Positions 37,669 through 47,256 of a stretch of 64,000 nucleotides of DNA are shown here, one piece after another. The translations under genes and the position numbers were made by a program. Location of the stretch: positions 224,001 through 288,000 of the forward strand of contig CAXBMO010000006.1 in the NCBI GenBank assembly GCA_963977015.1, read 5' to 3'. This DNA comes from an uncultured bacterium. GTDB lineage: Bacteria > Verrucomicrobiota > Verrucomicrobiia > Verrucomicrobiales > DEV007. Position 1 is the stretch's first letter, and each line of letters starts with the position of its first letter. The notes beneath the pieces are model-generated. The model worked only from the letters and a program-made list of their open reading frames with translations, searched no databases and had not been told where the DNA came from.

Positions 37669-39642
37669 ATGACGTTTCAGGTCGCCATCCTCTGCGCAGT
37701 ATTCGCCGCTCTCCCGCTCCTCCAGGCGGTGGAACCGGCGCGGCTTGGCGAGATCGAACGCGAACTGGCCCAATTGCCCCAACTGATCCCTTCCCTCCAG
37801 TCCAGCCGGCGGATCGGGTTCCACGGACATTACGCCGAACCGGCTTGGGTCACGATCGATCTGGGAGCCATCGTGACGCCCGAGCGCGTCGTGATTTTCC
37901 CGGCCCGTCTTCCGGTCGTCCAAAACGGAACGCCCCCTTCCACCGGCTTTCCCGCCGCTCTCGACGTGGAAGTCGACGAGAGTGCGGAATTCGAATCACC
38001 GATCCGGATTGCCCGCTGGTCCGAGGCGCATCCCGGCGAAGGTGAGCATCTTCCCTTTCTCAGTATTCCGGGCAACGGCGCTTCGGGCCGTTTTCTCCGG
38101 GTTGTCATTCCGAACCATGGGTTTCGGGGAACCGCCGGGGACCCGGAAAGTCTCCACTTTCGTCTCGGCGAAATTGTCGTGCTGGCCGAGGGCAGAAACG
38201 TGGCCCTGAGGCGGCCGGTGACAAGCTCTGCCTCGACCGAACAATCGCGCCGCTGGGAACGCACCAACCTGACCGACGGCTATTTCTGGTGCCTGCCATT
38301 GCGCGGAAGTGAGCCATCGCCGAGCTTCGGCTACCACAGCGCCACGCATTCCCGTGCGGTTCCCGGCTCTCCTCTCTGGGTGGAGATTGATCTCGGCCAG
38401 GAAATGGCGATCGACGAGATTCACGTCACTCCCGCTCATCCCCAAAACATTCCCGACGCCGAGGGCTACGGGTTTCCATTGCAGTTTGAAATCGTCGCCG
38501 ATCCCGGCACCGGTGAAACCGTGGTGCTCGACGAAATCGAGAATCCCCGCTCCAGCGCCGCTGCCCTGCCCAATCCCGGCGCCGCCCAGGTCATGCTGGC
38601 GACCCCGGGGTTACGCGCCCGGCGCATTCGGGTGAACGCGGCCCGCCTCAACGGAATCGGGAGCAGCGGATTGATCGAGAACCACTTTCTGGCGCTTGCC
38701 GAGATCCAGATTTGGCAGGGCGAACGCAACCTCGCCCTGGGAAAGAAGGTCCGCCATGCCGATTCCATGGCCGGTGATGGCTGGTCGGCGGAGGCGCTCG
38801 TTGATGGATACGGAAGCCGATATGAACTGCTCGATTGGTCGACTTGGCTGAAGGGCATTGAAGAAGCCAGCGAGTTGCAGGCGGAAGCGGTCACGATCCG
38901 CGCCCGGATGGCCGAACGCCGCGAAATTCGACGCAACCGCTTGGTGACCGCGACGGTCGCAACCGCCTTGCTCATCGCCCTGGCGTCGGCTTGCGCCATT
39001 CTTGTGATGCGCTCGATCGCGGCTCGTTCCCGCGAAGCTCTCCGCCAACGTCTGGCCCGCGATCTCCATGATGAGATCGGCGCCAGCCTGAGTCATCTGG
39101 CCCTGCAGAGCGAGTTGGCCGGCCAGCAAATGCGACGTGGCCATTTGGAACCAGCCCGTCTCGACAACATCTCGGCGACGGCCCGCGAAACGCTCGATCA
39201 TATGCGCGATGTGATCTGGCTGCTCGCTCCCGCATCTGGTAGCTGGAGCGAATTCTCGCAACGCATGGAATCCATCGGCCACCGCCTGCTGGATGGGGTA
39301 ACCGGTGAAGTGTCCGTTCACGGAAAACCGCCCGAAGGATCGCCCCCGATCGGGTGGGCGCGGGAAGTCGTGGCTTTTTTCAAGGAAGCGCTGACCAATG
39401 CCCGGCGCCATAGCCAGGCCGAATGCGTCCGCGCCGAAATCTCGTGGACGGATCCCGTGCTGACCGTTTGCATCGATGATGACGGTTGCGGATTCGACGC
39501 GAATTCGATCACGGAAACGACAGGCTATGGTCTCGCCAACCTGCGGCAGCGCGCCACCAAGCTGAACGCCGACCTCAAACTCGACTCCGAGCCCGGCAAC
39601 GGCACCCGAATCCGCCTGAGCATCCCTTATCCCAAATCATGA
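37669..39642 (+). CDS. Sensor histidine kinase (F5/8-type discoidin domains, TM, HisKA_3, HATPase)
   Basis: WVTIDLG and WVEIDLG, NVALRRPV, ARDLHDEIGASL, DDGCGF, GYGL.NLRQR. Confidence 0.88.
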   Translation: MTFQVAILCAVFAALPLLQAVEPARLGEIERELAQLPQLIPSLQSSRRIGFHGHYAEPAWVTIDLGAIVTPERVVIFPARLPVVQNGTPPSTGFPAALDVEVDESAEFESPIRIARWSEAHPGEGEHLPFLSIPGNGASGRFLRVVIPNHGFRGTAGDPESLHFRLGEIVVLAEGRNVALRRPVTSSASTEQSRRWERTNLTDGYFWCLPLRGSEPSPSFGYHSATHSRAVPGSPLWVEIDLGQEMAIDEIHVTPAHPQNIPDAEGYGFPLQFEIVADPGTGETVVLDEIENPRSSAAALPNPGAAQVMLATPGLRARRIRVNAARLNGIGSSGLIENHFLALAEIQIWQGERNLALGKKVRHADSMAGDGWSAEALVDGYGSRYELLDWSTWLKGIEEASELQAEAVTIRARMAERREIRRNRLVTATVATALLIALASACAILVMRSIAARSREALRQRLARDLHDEIGASLSHLALQSELAGQQMRRGHLEPARLDNISATARETLDHMRDVIWLLAPASGSWSEFSQRMESIGHRLLDGVTGEVSVHGKPPEGSPPIGWAREVVAFFKEALTNARRHSQAECVRAEISWTDPVLTVCIDDDGCGFDANSITETTGYGLANLRQRATKLNADLKLDSEPGNGTRIRLSIPYPKS

Positions 39643-40277
39643 TCGCCATTGTCGAAGATCACGCGCTCCTTCGCGCAACCCTCCGCGAAGCCCTCGAACT
39701 GGCCGACGCCGGGCCGGTCGCGGATTTCCCGGATTGCGAAGCCGCCCTGAAAGCGATGCCCGAACTGAAGCCCAATGTCGTCATTCTCGACATCGGCCTG
39801 CCCGGCATCTCGGGCTTGGAGGGGATTCGCCAGTTGAAGACGCTCGCGCCTCTCGCGGAGATTCTGATGTTTACCGTGTTCGACGATCAGGCGCGGATTT
39901 TCGAGGCGATCCGCGCCGGGGCGTCCGGTTACCTTCTGAAGTCGGAAAAACTCAGCCGCATTGTCTCTGCCGTGGAAGAAATCCAGCGCGGCGGCGCCCC
40001 GATGAGTCCCGAGATCGCCCGGCTGGTCCTCGACCGCTTCGCACGCAGCCCGGCCGCTGCCACTTCCCAGGATGATAACCGAGAAGACGCTCTATCCGAA
40101 CAGGAACTCAACGTGATCCGGCTGCTGGCCGACGGCTTGACCCGAAAGGAAATCGCCGCCGAACTCAACCTGAGCACCCATACCATCGACACCTATATCC
40201 GGCGGATCTACGCCAAACTTCACGCCAACACCGTCGGCGGCGCGGTCGCCAAGGCGCTGAGAGAGGGGTTGCTTTAG
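39639..40277 (+). CDS. NarL/LuxR-family response regulator
   Basis: IVEDH, ILDIGLPG, GYLLK, C-terminal LuxR HTH; ATGA overlap with the kinase stop. Confidence 0.93.
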   Translation: MIAIVEDHALLRATLREALELADAGPVADFPDCEAALKAMPELKPNVVILDIGLPGISGLEGIRQLKTLAPLAEILMFTVFDDQARIFEAIRAGASGYLLKSEKLSRIVSAVEEIQRGGAPMSPEIARLVLDRFARSPAAATSQDDNREDALSEQELNVIRLLADGLTRKEIAAELNLSTHTIDTYIRRIYAKLHANTVGGAVAKALREGLL

Positions 40278-40317
40278 TTAGTGATGAATTCGAGGTCCCG
40301 CTTCTGACGACGTCTCC

Positions 40318-42369
40318 TCACTCGGTTTCGACTGCGATCAACGCATGCGGGATGCCGTGCCAGCCCCTGGCGTCGGTTCCGTTGTGGGGCGGAATCGTCA
40401 GTTTTCCGGCGGGCGCGAGGCGTCGATACAACTGGTCGCGGTAGGTCTTTCCGTCCGGCCCTTTCCATTGCGCCTCAACCCCGGGAACCAGCTCCCAATC
40501 CTTGGGCAACGCCGGAGTTCCGCGATCCATCACGAGGAGAAAGACCGGCCCGCCTTTCGGCAAATCCAGCTCCCAGCCCTGGCCCGGGCTTTGGCCTGAA
40601 CCGCGCCCGACCGTCCAGAGGGTTGCTTGGGGTGGAAACACGCCGTCCGGCAGCGCCGTGAACTCAAATTCCGTTGTGCACCGCGTCGCGCCGGCGCGAA
40701 GGGGCTGAGATCGCGGCTTGGAATCCACGTGGCTGAATCCCGACTCGCCTTCGTAGCTGATGTCGCGTTTGCCGTCCCAATTCGCGCCGTCGGGAATCTG
40801 AAGAATCAAGCCGTCCTCCAGCAGTCGGGTCCGAATCTTCTCATAACTCACCTCCTGAACGGCAACCTCGTCATCCACCGCCAACGCGGCAGCCGTTCCC
40901 GCAGCCTGGCCCAACATCATGAAGGTGCACAGAATCCGGATTCCGGAGTAACCGATGTAGCTGGAGCTGGGGCAGGTCGGCGTGATCAGGTTTTCTGCTT
41001 CGGCCCGCTTCGGAACCAGCGCCCGATAGCTCACCCCGAACGGCGACCAGCCGCCGTCGCCGTAGACGAACCCTTCGTTGTATGCCGCGCCGTCGCGAAC
41101 GATCCGCCGGGCGTGATGCGCGTCGGGCGGCCACCACGCCATCGTCACCGGATCCTCAACCGGCTCCGGATCCGGCCAGCCCATGTGCCGTTCGGTGTGG
41201 ACAAAGTCGGATACCATGCGCCGTGCGCTGCGGATGTAGAGCCGTCGCGGCCAATGCCCGTTGTCGGTAAATTCATCGCGGCAAAGTCCCCAGCCTTCCC
41301 ACTTCCTGCGCTGCGATTCCGGAACGGTGGGGTCGTTCTGGAGAAACCAGATCAACCCGCGGGTGAAGTCCTCGTGATGCCGCACGATGCGCTCCTGCTC
41401 CGCGTAGTCGCCCGCCGGGTAACCCACGTTTTCGCCATACAAATTGGCCGAAAGATCGTGCCAACTTCCCAGGTCCGTCTTTCCATTTGGGAGCCGCGCC
41501 CCGGGAGCGAACAGCTGGCCGCCCGCGGCAAAGTAGCGCCGGTAGATCTCGTAGGTCGCCGGGTCATAGTTCGCCGGTTTTTCGATCGGCACGACCAGGT
41601 CCGGGTTGCGGGTCAGGCAGAGGCGAAAGCAGAAGCCCATGATGTGCGGATCGGCCGCGCCGGGTGTTCCCAGCTCACCGGGTTGGATCGTCGCGATGAG
41701 CCCGCTGGCGGGATTCCCCGGTTCACGGTAAGGATCGATGCGGATCCGGAAATTGCGGTGATGGCTCTCCGCGCGAATGCCGTTGAGCGTCTCGCCGTAG
41801 GTCGCGTTGCTCTCGCGTCCCGTTGCCGTCGTCACCCCGGCGAAATGCAGCAGGTGCCCCTCGATCGACGCATCGACGAAAACCCGCCCGGTGATCTGCG
41901 TCCCGTCTTCCAGAACCACCGCAGTCAGCCGCGTTCCGTCCTTCTTCACACCGGCGGCGCCCTCGCGAATCCGGCTGCCGCGATGGATCGAGATTTGCCC
42001 GGCGTGTTCCCCTAACATGGCCTCAATCACCGCCTCCGCCGTGTGCGGCTCGTAACGCGGAACACCCTTCAGCACGGGGCCTGACCGACCGTAGTAAGCG
42101 TCAATCCTGCGGTAGAACTCCCGCGCGATGCCGGAAACCACAGCTTGGTTGCCGTGCTTGATGTCGCCCGCGATTCCCTCCACCACCATCCCGCCCGGAT
42201 GACCGTTCGGCTCGATCAGCGCGACCGATTTCCCCATTCGCGCGGCCTGGATCGCGGCAGTGAAACCCGCTTCGGAGCCCGAGAGGATCACCACGTCGGC
42301 GTCCGTCGCCGCAACTGCGGTCGAAATGGCAGATGCCAGGAAGAGGGAAATGAGAAATCGGAAGATCAT
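40318..42369 (-). CDS. Secreted FAD-dependent oxidoreductase with extra C-terminal domain
   Basis: AAIQAARMG, FVDASIEG, GRES...YGE, LYIRSARRM, SYRALVPK, MMLGQAAGTAA. Confidence 0.85.
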   Translation of the reverse strand: MIFRFLISLFLASAISTAVAATDADVVILSGSEAGFTAAIQAARMGKSVALIEPNGHPGGMVVEGIAGDIKHGNQAVVSGIAREFYRRIDAYYGRSGPVLKGVPRYEPHTAEAVIEAMLGEHAGQISIHRGSRIREGAAGVKKDGTRLTAVVLEDGTQITGRVFVDASIEGHLLHFAGVTTATGRESNATYGETLNGIRAESHHRNFRIRIDPYREPGNPASGLIATIQPGELGTPGAADPHIMGFCFRLCLTRNPDLVVPIEKPANYDPATYEIYRRYFAAGGQLFAPGARLPNGKTDLGSWHDLSANLYGENVGYPAGDYAEQERIVRHHEDFTRGLIWFLQNDPTVPESQRRKWEGWGLCRDEFTDNGHWPRRLYIRSARRMVSDFVHTERHMGWPDPEPVEDPVTMAWWPPDAHHARRIVRDGAAYNEGFVYGDGGWSPFGVSYRALVPKRAEAENLITPTCPSSSYIGYSGIRILCTFMMLGQAAGTAAALAVDDEVAVQEVSYEKIRTRLLEDGLILQIPDGANWDGKRDISYEGESGFSHVDSKPRSQPLRAGATRCTTEFEFTALPDGVFPPQATLWTVGRGSGQSPGQGWELDLPKGGPVFLLVMDRGTPALPKDWELVPGVEAQWKGPDGKTYRDQLYRRLAPAGKLTIPPHNGTDARGWHGIPHALIAVETE

Positions 42370-42559
42370 GAGGATGGTTCGAAAATTGGGGCTGTTTCTG
42401 GGCGCCGCGAAGCTGCCGTTCCGCCCGCAACCGCGCGGAGATCGGCTCGGCGGGGGATGGGATTTGGCGGAATCTTCCCCGGAAAGGGATCGTTGTCGAA
42501 AAAGAATCCGCTCGACACACGTGAAGTGACCACTTCGCTTGGAAGGCCCCTGTCCGATC

Positions 42560-44977
42560 ATGAAACATCAACTCTTCCCCACCATCGCCGCCGCCCTGAC
42601 GGTCGTCATTTTCTTTGACCCGGCCGGGTTGCCCGCTGCCGGCGGAAAATCCGACATGCCGAACCCGGATTTCACCAAGGGCGATGCGATTCCGAAAGGG
42701 GCCACGCACGATTGGACACTCGGGCCGACCGGGACTCGGGGCTGGATGTATAGCAACAAGCTGGAAACGAGCGAGGCCCGTCAGATTTACCTGACCGAGG
42801 TGGAGCTCGGCTCGCCCGCCGATGGCGTTCTCGAGGTTGGCGATGTGATCCTGGGCCTCGGCGGCGAGCCGTTTTCGCAGGATCCACGCACCGCGTTCGG
42901 CAAGGCGATCGGAAGGGCGGAAGCGACCGATGGCGCCCTCACCCTGATGCGTTGGCGGAATGGAAAGACCGAGTCGGTCGCCGTGAAACTCCCCGTGCTT
43001 GGCGCCTACAGCTCGACGGCTCCCTTCCATTGTCCGAAGTCGCAGCGCATTCTCGAACAAGGTTTCAAGGTGCTGGCGGAGCGGATGAAGGCCGACCCCG
43101 GTGCCGGAAACGGGATCGTCCGTTCGCTCAACGCGCTTGCACTTCTTGCCAGCGGCAATCCGGACTATCTCCCCCTCGTCCGGGAACAGGTCGGGAAAGC
43201 CGCCCAGTATTCCGATCCGGATCGCAAATCGCTTCATTCGTGGTTTTACGGTCCGGCCACGATCCTCGTTGCGGAATACACCCTCGCAACGGGGGACGAG
43301 AGTTTCCTTCCCGATCTAACGCGACTTGCCAGGGAGATCGTCCGCGGGCAAAGCGCCGTGGGATCGTGGGGGCACAGGTTCACGCAGCCGGGTGGAAGGC
43401 TCGCCGGCTATGGCATGATGAATTCACCCGGCATTCCCCTGACCATCTCCCTCATCCTGGCTCGCAAGGCCGGGGTCGAGGATCCTGATCTGGATCGGGC
43501 CATTGAGAACAGTCTGATGTTGATCCGTTTTTACACCGGAAAAGGAAGCGTTCCCTACGGCGATCATCATCCCTGGACTCAGACCCATGACGACAACGGC
43601 AAGAACGGCATGGCTGCCGTGATGTTCAACCTGGTGGGGGAAGCCGCGCCCACGGAGTACTTCTCTCGAATGAGCGTCGCCTCGTATGGCGCCGAGCGAG
43701 ACACGGGACACACCGGCAATTTCTTCAATATCCAGTGGGCGCTGCCAGGCGTGGCGTTGTCAGGCCCCAACGCGAGCGGGGCGTGGATCGAGGAATTCGG
43801 CTGGCACTATGATCTTGCCCGCCGCTGGGACGGAACCTTCGTCCACCAGGGACCGCCGAGCATGCGACCGGACAAGTATCGCGGCTGGGACACGACGGGT
43901 GTCTACCTGCTATCCTACGCCCAACCGCTTGGAACCATTCATCTCACGGGCAAACAACCAAGCGTCGCGCAACCGGTCACCGAAGAGACCGCGGACAGCC
44001 TGATTGAGGACGGGCGGGGATGGAGCCCGAAAGAGAAGCACGCGGCCTACCGCGGGCGCAGCAGGGACGAACTGTTTGAAGGGCTGAAGAGTTGGTCTCC
44101 GGTCGTTCGCGAACGCTCGGCCATGGAGCTGGCAACGCGGGACGGCGAGTTGGTGACTCGTCTGATTGAACTGCTCGGTGACGATCATGACAAACACGCC
44201 CGATTGGGAGCCTGTCAGGCGCTGATCGAACTGGGAAAACGCGGTGCACCCGCCGTTCCCGCACTTCGGAAAACGCTCCAGGCAGACGATCTCTGGCTGC
44301 GCGTCAAGGCCGCCGAGGCCCTGGCCGCCATCGGTGATGCGGCCATGGATGCGGTCCCAGAGTTGCTCTCGATGCTCACGGTAACCGATCCGATGAGCGA
44401 TCCCCGGGGCATGGAACAGCGCTATCTCACCTTTGCCCTCTTCCAGCAACGGGGCGGCCTGTTGAAGAATTCCCTTGAAGGGGTTGATCGCGAAGCGCTT
44501 TACGAGGCTGTGCGGACCGGGCTCCGCAATGAAGACGGCCGCGCCCGCGGTGCGCTTGGATCGGTCTATCGGAATCTCTCTTCCGAGGAGATCCAACCGT
44601 TACTTCCCGCCATTCATCGCGCCGTGATCGAGCCCGCCCCCAGCGGAGTGATGTTTGCCGACGGCATTCGTCTGAGCGGTCTCGAGGTCCTCGCCAAGCA
44701 CCGCATCGCAGAAGGTCTGCCCCTCTGTCTGGAAGTGATGGAACTCGACCGCTGGGGAAAACAGGGCCGAATCACAAAGTGCCTCAACACCCTGCAGATC
44801 TACCGGGGCGCGGCCAGATCCATGCTTCCGGAACTCGAAACGCTCGAAGAGGAACTGAAGGCGCATCGGGAAGCCAAGGGAATGAAATCCCAGATTGAGC
44901 TGGTCCGCCAAACCATCAACGTCATCAAATCGGACCAGAATCCGCCGGAACTGCGACCGTTGAAAGCAACTCGTTAG
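42560..44977 (+). CDS. Secreted DUF6288-like protein with PDZ-like and HEAT-repeat regions
   Basis: WTLGPTG.RGW, GSPADGVL.VGDVI, GSVPYGDH, HTGNFF, HEAT-like helices. Confidence 0.75.
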   Translation: MKHQLFPTIAAALTVVIFFDPAGLPAAGGKSDMPNPDFTKGDAIPKGATHDWTLGPTGTRGWMYSNKLETSEARQIYLTEVELGSPADGVLEVGDVILGLGGEPFSQDPRTAFGKAIGRAEATDGALTLMRWRNGKTESVAVKLPVLGAYSSTAPFHCPKSQRILEQGFKVLAERMKADPGAGNGIVRSLNALALLASGNPDYLPLVREQVGKAAQYSDPDRKSLHSWFYGPATILVAEYTLATGDESFLPDLTRLAREIVRGQSAVGSWGHRFTQPGGRLAGYGMMNSPGIPLTISLILARKAGVEDPDLDRAIENSLMLIRFYTGKGSVPYGDHHPWTQTHDDNGKNGMAAVMFNLVGEAAPTEYFSRMSVASYGAERDTGHTGNFFNIQWALPGVALSGPNASGAWIEEFGWHYDLARRWDGTFVHQGPPSMRPDKYRGWDTTGVYLLSYAQPLGTIHLTGKQPSVAQPVTEETADSLIEDGRGWSPKEKHAAYRGRSRDELFEGLKSWSPVVRERSAMELATRDGELVTRLIELLGDDHDKHARLGACQALIELGKRGAPAVPALRKTLQADDLWLRVKAAEALAAIGDAAMDAVPELLSMLTVTDPMSDPRGMEQRYLTFALFQQRGGLLKNSLEGVDREALYEAVRTGLRNEDGRARGALGSVYRNLSSEEIQPLLPAIHRAVIEPAPSGVMFADGIRLSGLEVLAKHRIAEGLPLCLEVMELDRWGKQGRITKCLNTLQIYRGAARSMLPELETLEEELKAHREAKGMKSQIELVRQTINVIKSDQNPPELRPLKATR

Positions 44978-45006
44978 GGCAAAGCCGGGATCAACTCCTG
45001 TTGCGT

Positions 45007-45559
45007 TAAGAGGAATGGCGCTTGGTGAAGAGGGGCATCGTGCAATTTGCGTTGGTCCACAGGGTTCATCTTCGTGGAACCGCGATCGACAACCAGACAG
45101 TTGTCCTCGTTCGCGAAGGCATAACACGGAAGAACCGCCCTCAAGGAGTCACCGCTTCACCGGCATGAAGCCGGTGGTGGGTTTCGCGCCTTCGAATTCG
45201 ATTCTGGTCGTTAATCGTGCTTCCACCGGCGCAAGACCGGAGGAGATCAATGGTGGTTAACCAAGCGCCATTCGGGGTAAGAGGAATGGCGCTTGGATAA
45301 CGAGCTTCGTCGGCAAAGGCAAGCTGAAGGCTTCCTAGCCATTAGCCCCGGGTCGAGCGCCAGCGAACACCCGGGGTCAGGCATCGAACCCAAGATCCAT
45401 CCCGGGAGGGATGGTAGCATCGTGGCTGCGATCCCTGCCGGGATCGCCAGTTCTTGACCTTTGGTTCCCCGGGTATCGCTTCACTCAACCCGGGGCTAAT
45501 CGCTGAACAAGCCTCCGGCTTTGTTTCCCTCGTAAACCAAGCGCCATTCGGGCCAAGAG
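45007..45559. repeat. Two tandem ~260-bp elements bounded by GAATGGCGCTTGG / CCAAGCGCCATTC inverted repeats, with internal REP-like hairpins
   Basis: Inverted repeats at 45013/45273 and 45284/45549; internal CCCCGGGT...ACCCGGGG and CACCGGC..GCCGGTG palindromes. Confidence 0.8.
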
Positions 45560-45560
45560 C

Positions 45561-45821
45561 CGCGAAGACCAATGAATGGCTGGATCAACAAGACGTTCCC
45601 TCGATCGCAACACCCGTGGATCAGCATTCGATATCCCGACGGCCCGAAAGGTCGACCGAAGGAGAATCCATGACTGATGGGAACCGCCCGGTGCAATGGA
45701 GCGAAGCGACATAGATAGCCGAAAGGCTACCGCAAAGCGGCAAGGGAGGAACGACCGCAGTCAAACCCGCGCGCCGGGTGGTGTGGGGGGGAGCGGGTTC
45801 AATCCCCGGTTCCTACCCAAT
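45561..45821 (+). mobile_element. 3' remnant of a group IIC(-attC) intron: IEP C-terminus, domain V (interrupted), domain VI
   Basis: TNEWLDQQDVPS / WISIRYP maturase-like tail (frameshifted, stop at 45671); GAACCGCCCGGTGC...ACCCGCGCGCCGGGTGGTGTGGGGG; ends CCTACCCAAT at an attC inverse core. Confidence 0.85.
45695..45764 (+). repeat. ~70-nt AATGG...TCAA structured insertion element, copy 1 (inside intron DV)
   Basis: Homologous to 46613-46678. Confidence 0.75.
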
Positions 45822-46368
45822 TCGCATAGATTTTGTGGTCGACCCAATCACCATAGAGATTCTCTGCTCTCTCTTGAATCTTGATAAGGTCGAATCCTAG
45901 ATTTTCAGCGATTCGTTCGCTCGCCAGGTTTCCAATTGCAGTGCGAATCTCAAAGTTCACAATCCCATATGCACTCTCGAAATACGACATAAGTTCTCTG
46001 CAAGCGTTGGTGATGATTCCGCAACCGCGAAAGGTCGGATCTAAACTATACGACAATTCTGCGAGTCTAGGCTCCCAATCAATTCTTTTTGCTGCGAGCA
46101 TTCCGATAATAGACTCTTTGTGCAGAACAAAGAACCTTAGCGATCTACCTTCAGACTTAGATCTCGAAGATTGGTCGTAGCGCCGCGTGATGTCTTCTTC
46201 GCATTTGACATCGTCCACCCAAGAAAGCCACCTACGCAAATCGAAACGATAGCAGTCGATCATCCGGTAGAACTCTTTCGAGTCGTCCCGGCGCATGAGC
46301 CGGATACTCACTTCGCTGGTGACGCGAATAGTCAACTCATCCGGCAGTCCTGTGATTTGTTCCTGTAT
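45799..46368 (-). CDS. GNAT acetyltransferase, RimL/RimJ-like (gene cassette)
   Basis: LRRWLSW, AELSYSL...FRGCGI, NLASERIAENLGF; AAGGAG RBS followed by ATA (mutated or non-canonical start); 3' end reads into the intron. Confidence 0.8.
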   Translation of the reverse strand: MQEQITGLPDELTIRVTSEVSIRLMRRDDSKEFYRMIDCYRFDLRRWLSWVDDVKCEEDITRRYDQSSRSKSEGRSLRFFVLHKESIIGMLAAKRIDWEPRLAELSYSLDPTFRGCGIITNACRELMSYFESAYGIVNFEIRTAIGNLASERIAENLGFDLIKIQERAENLYGDWVDHKIYANWVGTGD

Positions 46369-46387
46369 TCGATCTCCTTTCTTGTTT

Positions 46388-46473
46388 TGCCAACGTTTTG
46401 GTTCTGGTGCCGCCGGGTAGGCGGGCCACATTCTCCCACGCTTTGGCGGTCTCCAGCAACCGATTGTGTGTGC
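46388..46473 (-). other. attC site (degenerate R'')
   Basis: Minus strand GCACACAC AATC GGTTGCTGG...CCAGAACC AAAAC GTTGGCA; L boxes pair with one extrahelical G. Confidence 0.7.
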
Positions 46474-46612
46474 CCAGCATGGGCGTTGTTCTACGGGGTG
46501 CAAGTCCCCGGTGTGAGAATCGTTGCTGAAACGATGAAAATCAGAGTAACCAGAAGCACTAGCAGAAGCCAACTGCGTCCGGGTAACCGGTCGTGGGGAG
46601 GAAGGTTATGCG

Positions 46613-46678
46613 AATGGGAGCGAAGCGGACATCGACAGCCGTTAGGCTGCCCGAAGGGTGGAGTGCCAGCGCTATCAA
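46613..46678 (+). repeat. AATGG...TCAA structured insertion element, copy 2
   Basis: AATGGGAGCGAAGCGGACATCGACAGCCGTTAGGCTGCCCGAAGGG...TCAA. Confidence 0.75.
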
Positions 46679-46723
46679 TGGGCGCATGAGATGCAGCTTT
46701 ACAGCCAAACCTTCGGGGAATTC

Positions 46724-46814
46724 GCCGAACAATCAGCACGTCACTGTCTATGGGCCAAAGCTTAGCTAGCCAACCAAAAAGCGAAAGGCAAAACCCATAC
46801 AACGGTTGTTCGAG
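46724..46814 (-). other. attC site (degenerate)
   Basis: Minus strand CTCGAAC AACC GTTGTATGGG...CCCATAGAC...GTTCGGC. Confidence 0.55.
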
Positions 46815-47123
46815 CATTAGCCTTCAAATGGCAACGAATCATGTTCGCGTGTTGGCAACGCGGGGAAACCGATGACGATCTCAAATACGAAGCAAGCTTA
46901 TCAAGGCGAGGCAGTCAATTCGCAGCTTCGCCGGGCCAAGAGGAATCGAAAAAGCGCTTCAAGAACGAAAAATATCCGCAAGGATCGCCCTTCTTTCGAA
47001 GTCGGCGTAGCCGGAACATTGTAATCGATCAAGGGGAAGAAGAATTCAATGGCGACCTGTACCAAAAAGCAAAAAACTATCGACAGACCACCTCAGATGT
47101 TCGAATCGCCGATAGCCAGCTGT

Positions 47124-47210
47124 CATCGTCGTGATATTCACGCCGTAAATGTGGCTTTCTCGTTTGCTGCACGCAAGAGAGATCGTCCGCAAGGGGCGAC
47201 GGTTCGCTGA
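47124..47210 (-). other. Decayed attC site (R'' clear, right arm unclear)
   Basis: TCAGCGAAC after the cassette gene is the exact complement of GTTCGCTGA that opens the cassette. Confidence 0.45.
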
Positions 47211-47256
47211 TCGCGGAGAATGCTGTCTCCAGTGGTGGGCCCGAAATATGCTTCCT

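Noticed and set aside
46567-46647. attC with GCCTAAC/GTTGGCT cores
   Set aside because: The GTTAGGC is the loop and stem of the 66-nt inserted element, and the L boxes do not pair convincingly
46815-47125. Intact cassette gene
   Set aside because: Hydrophobic coding-like stretch is interrupted by stops and has no clear start; treated as decayed cassette DNA
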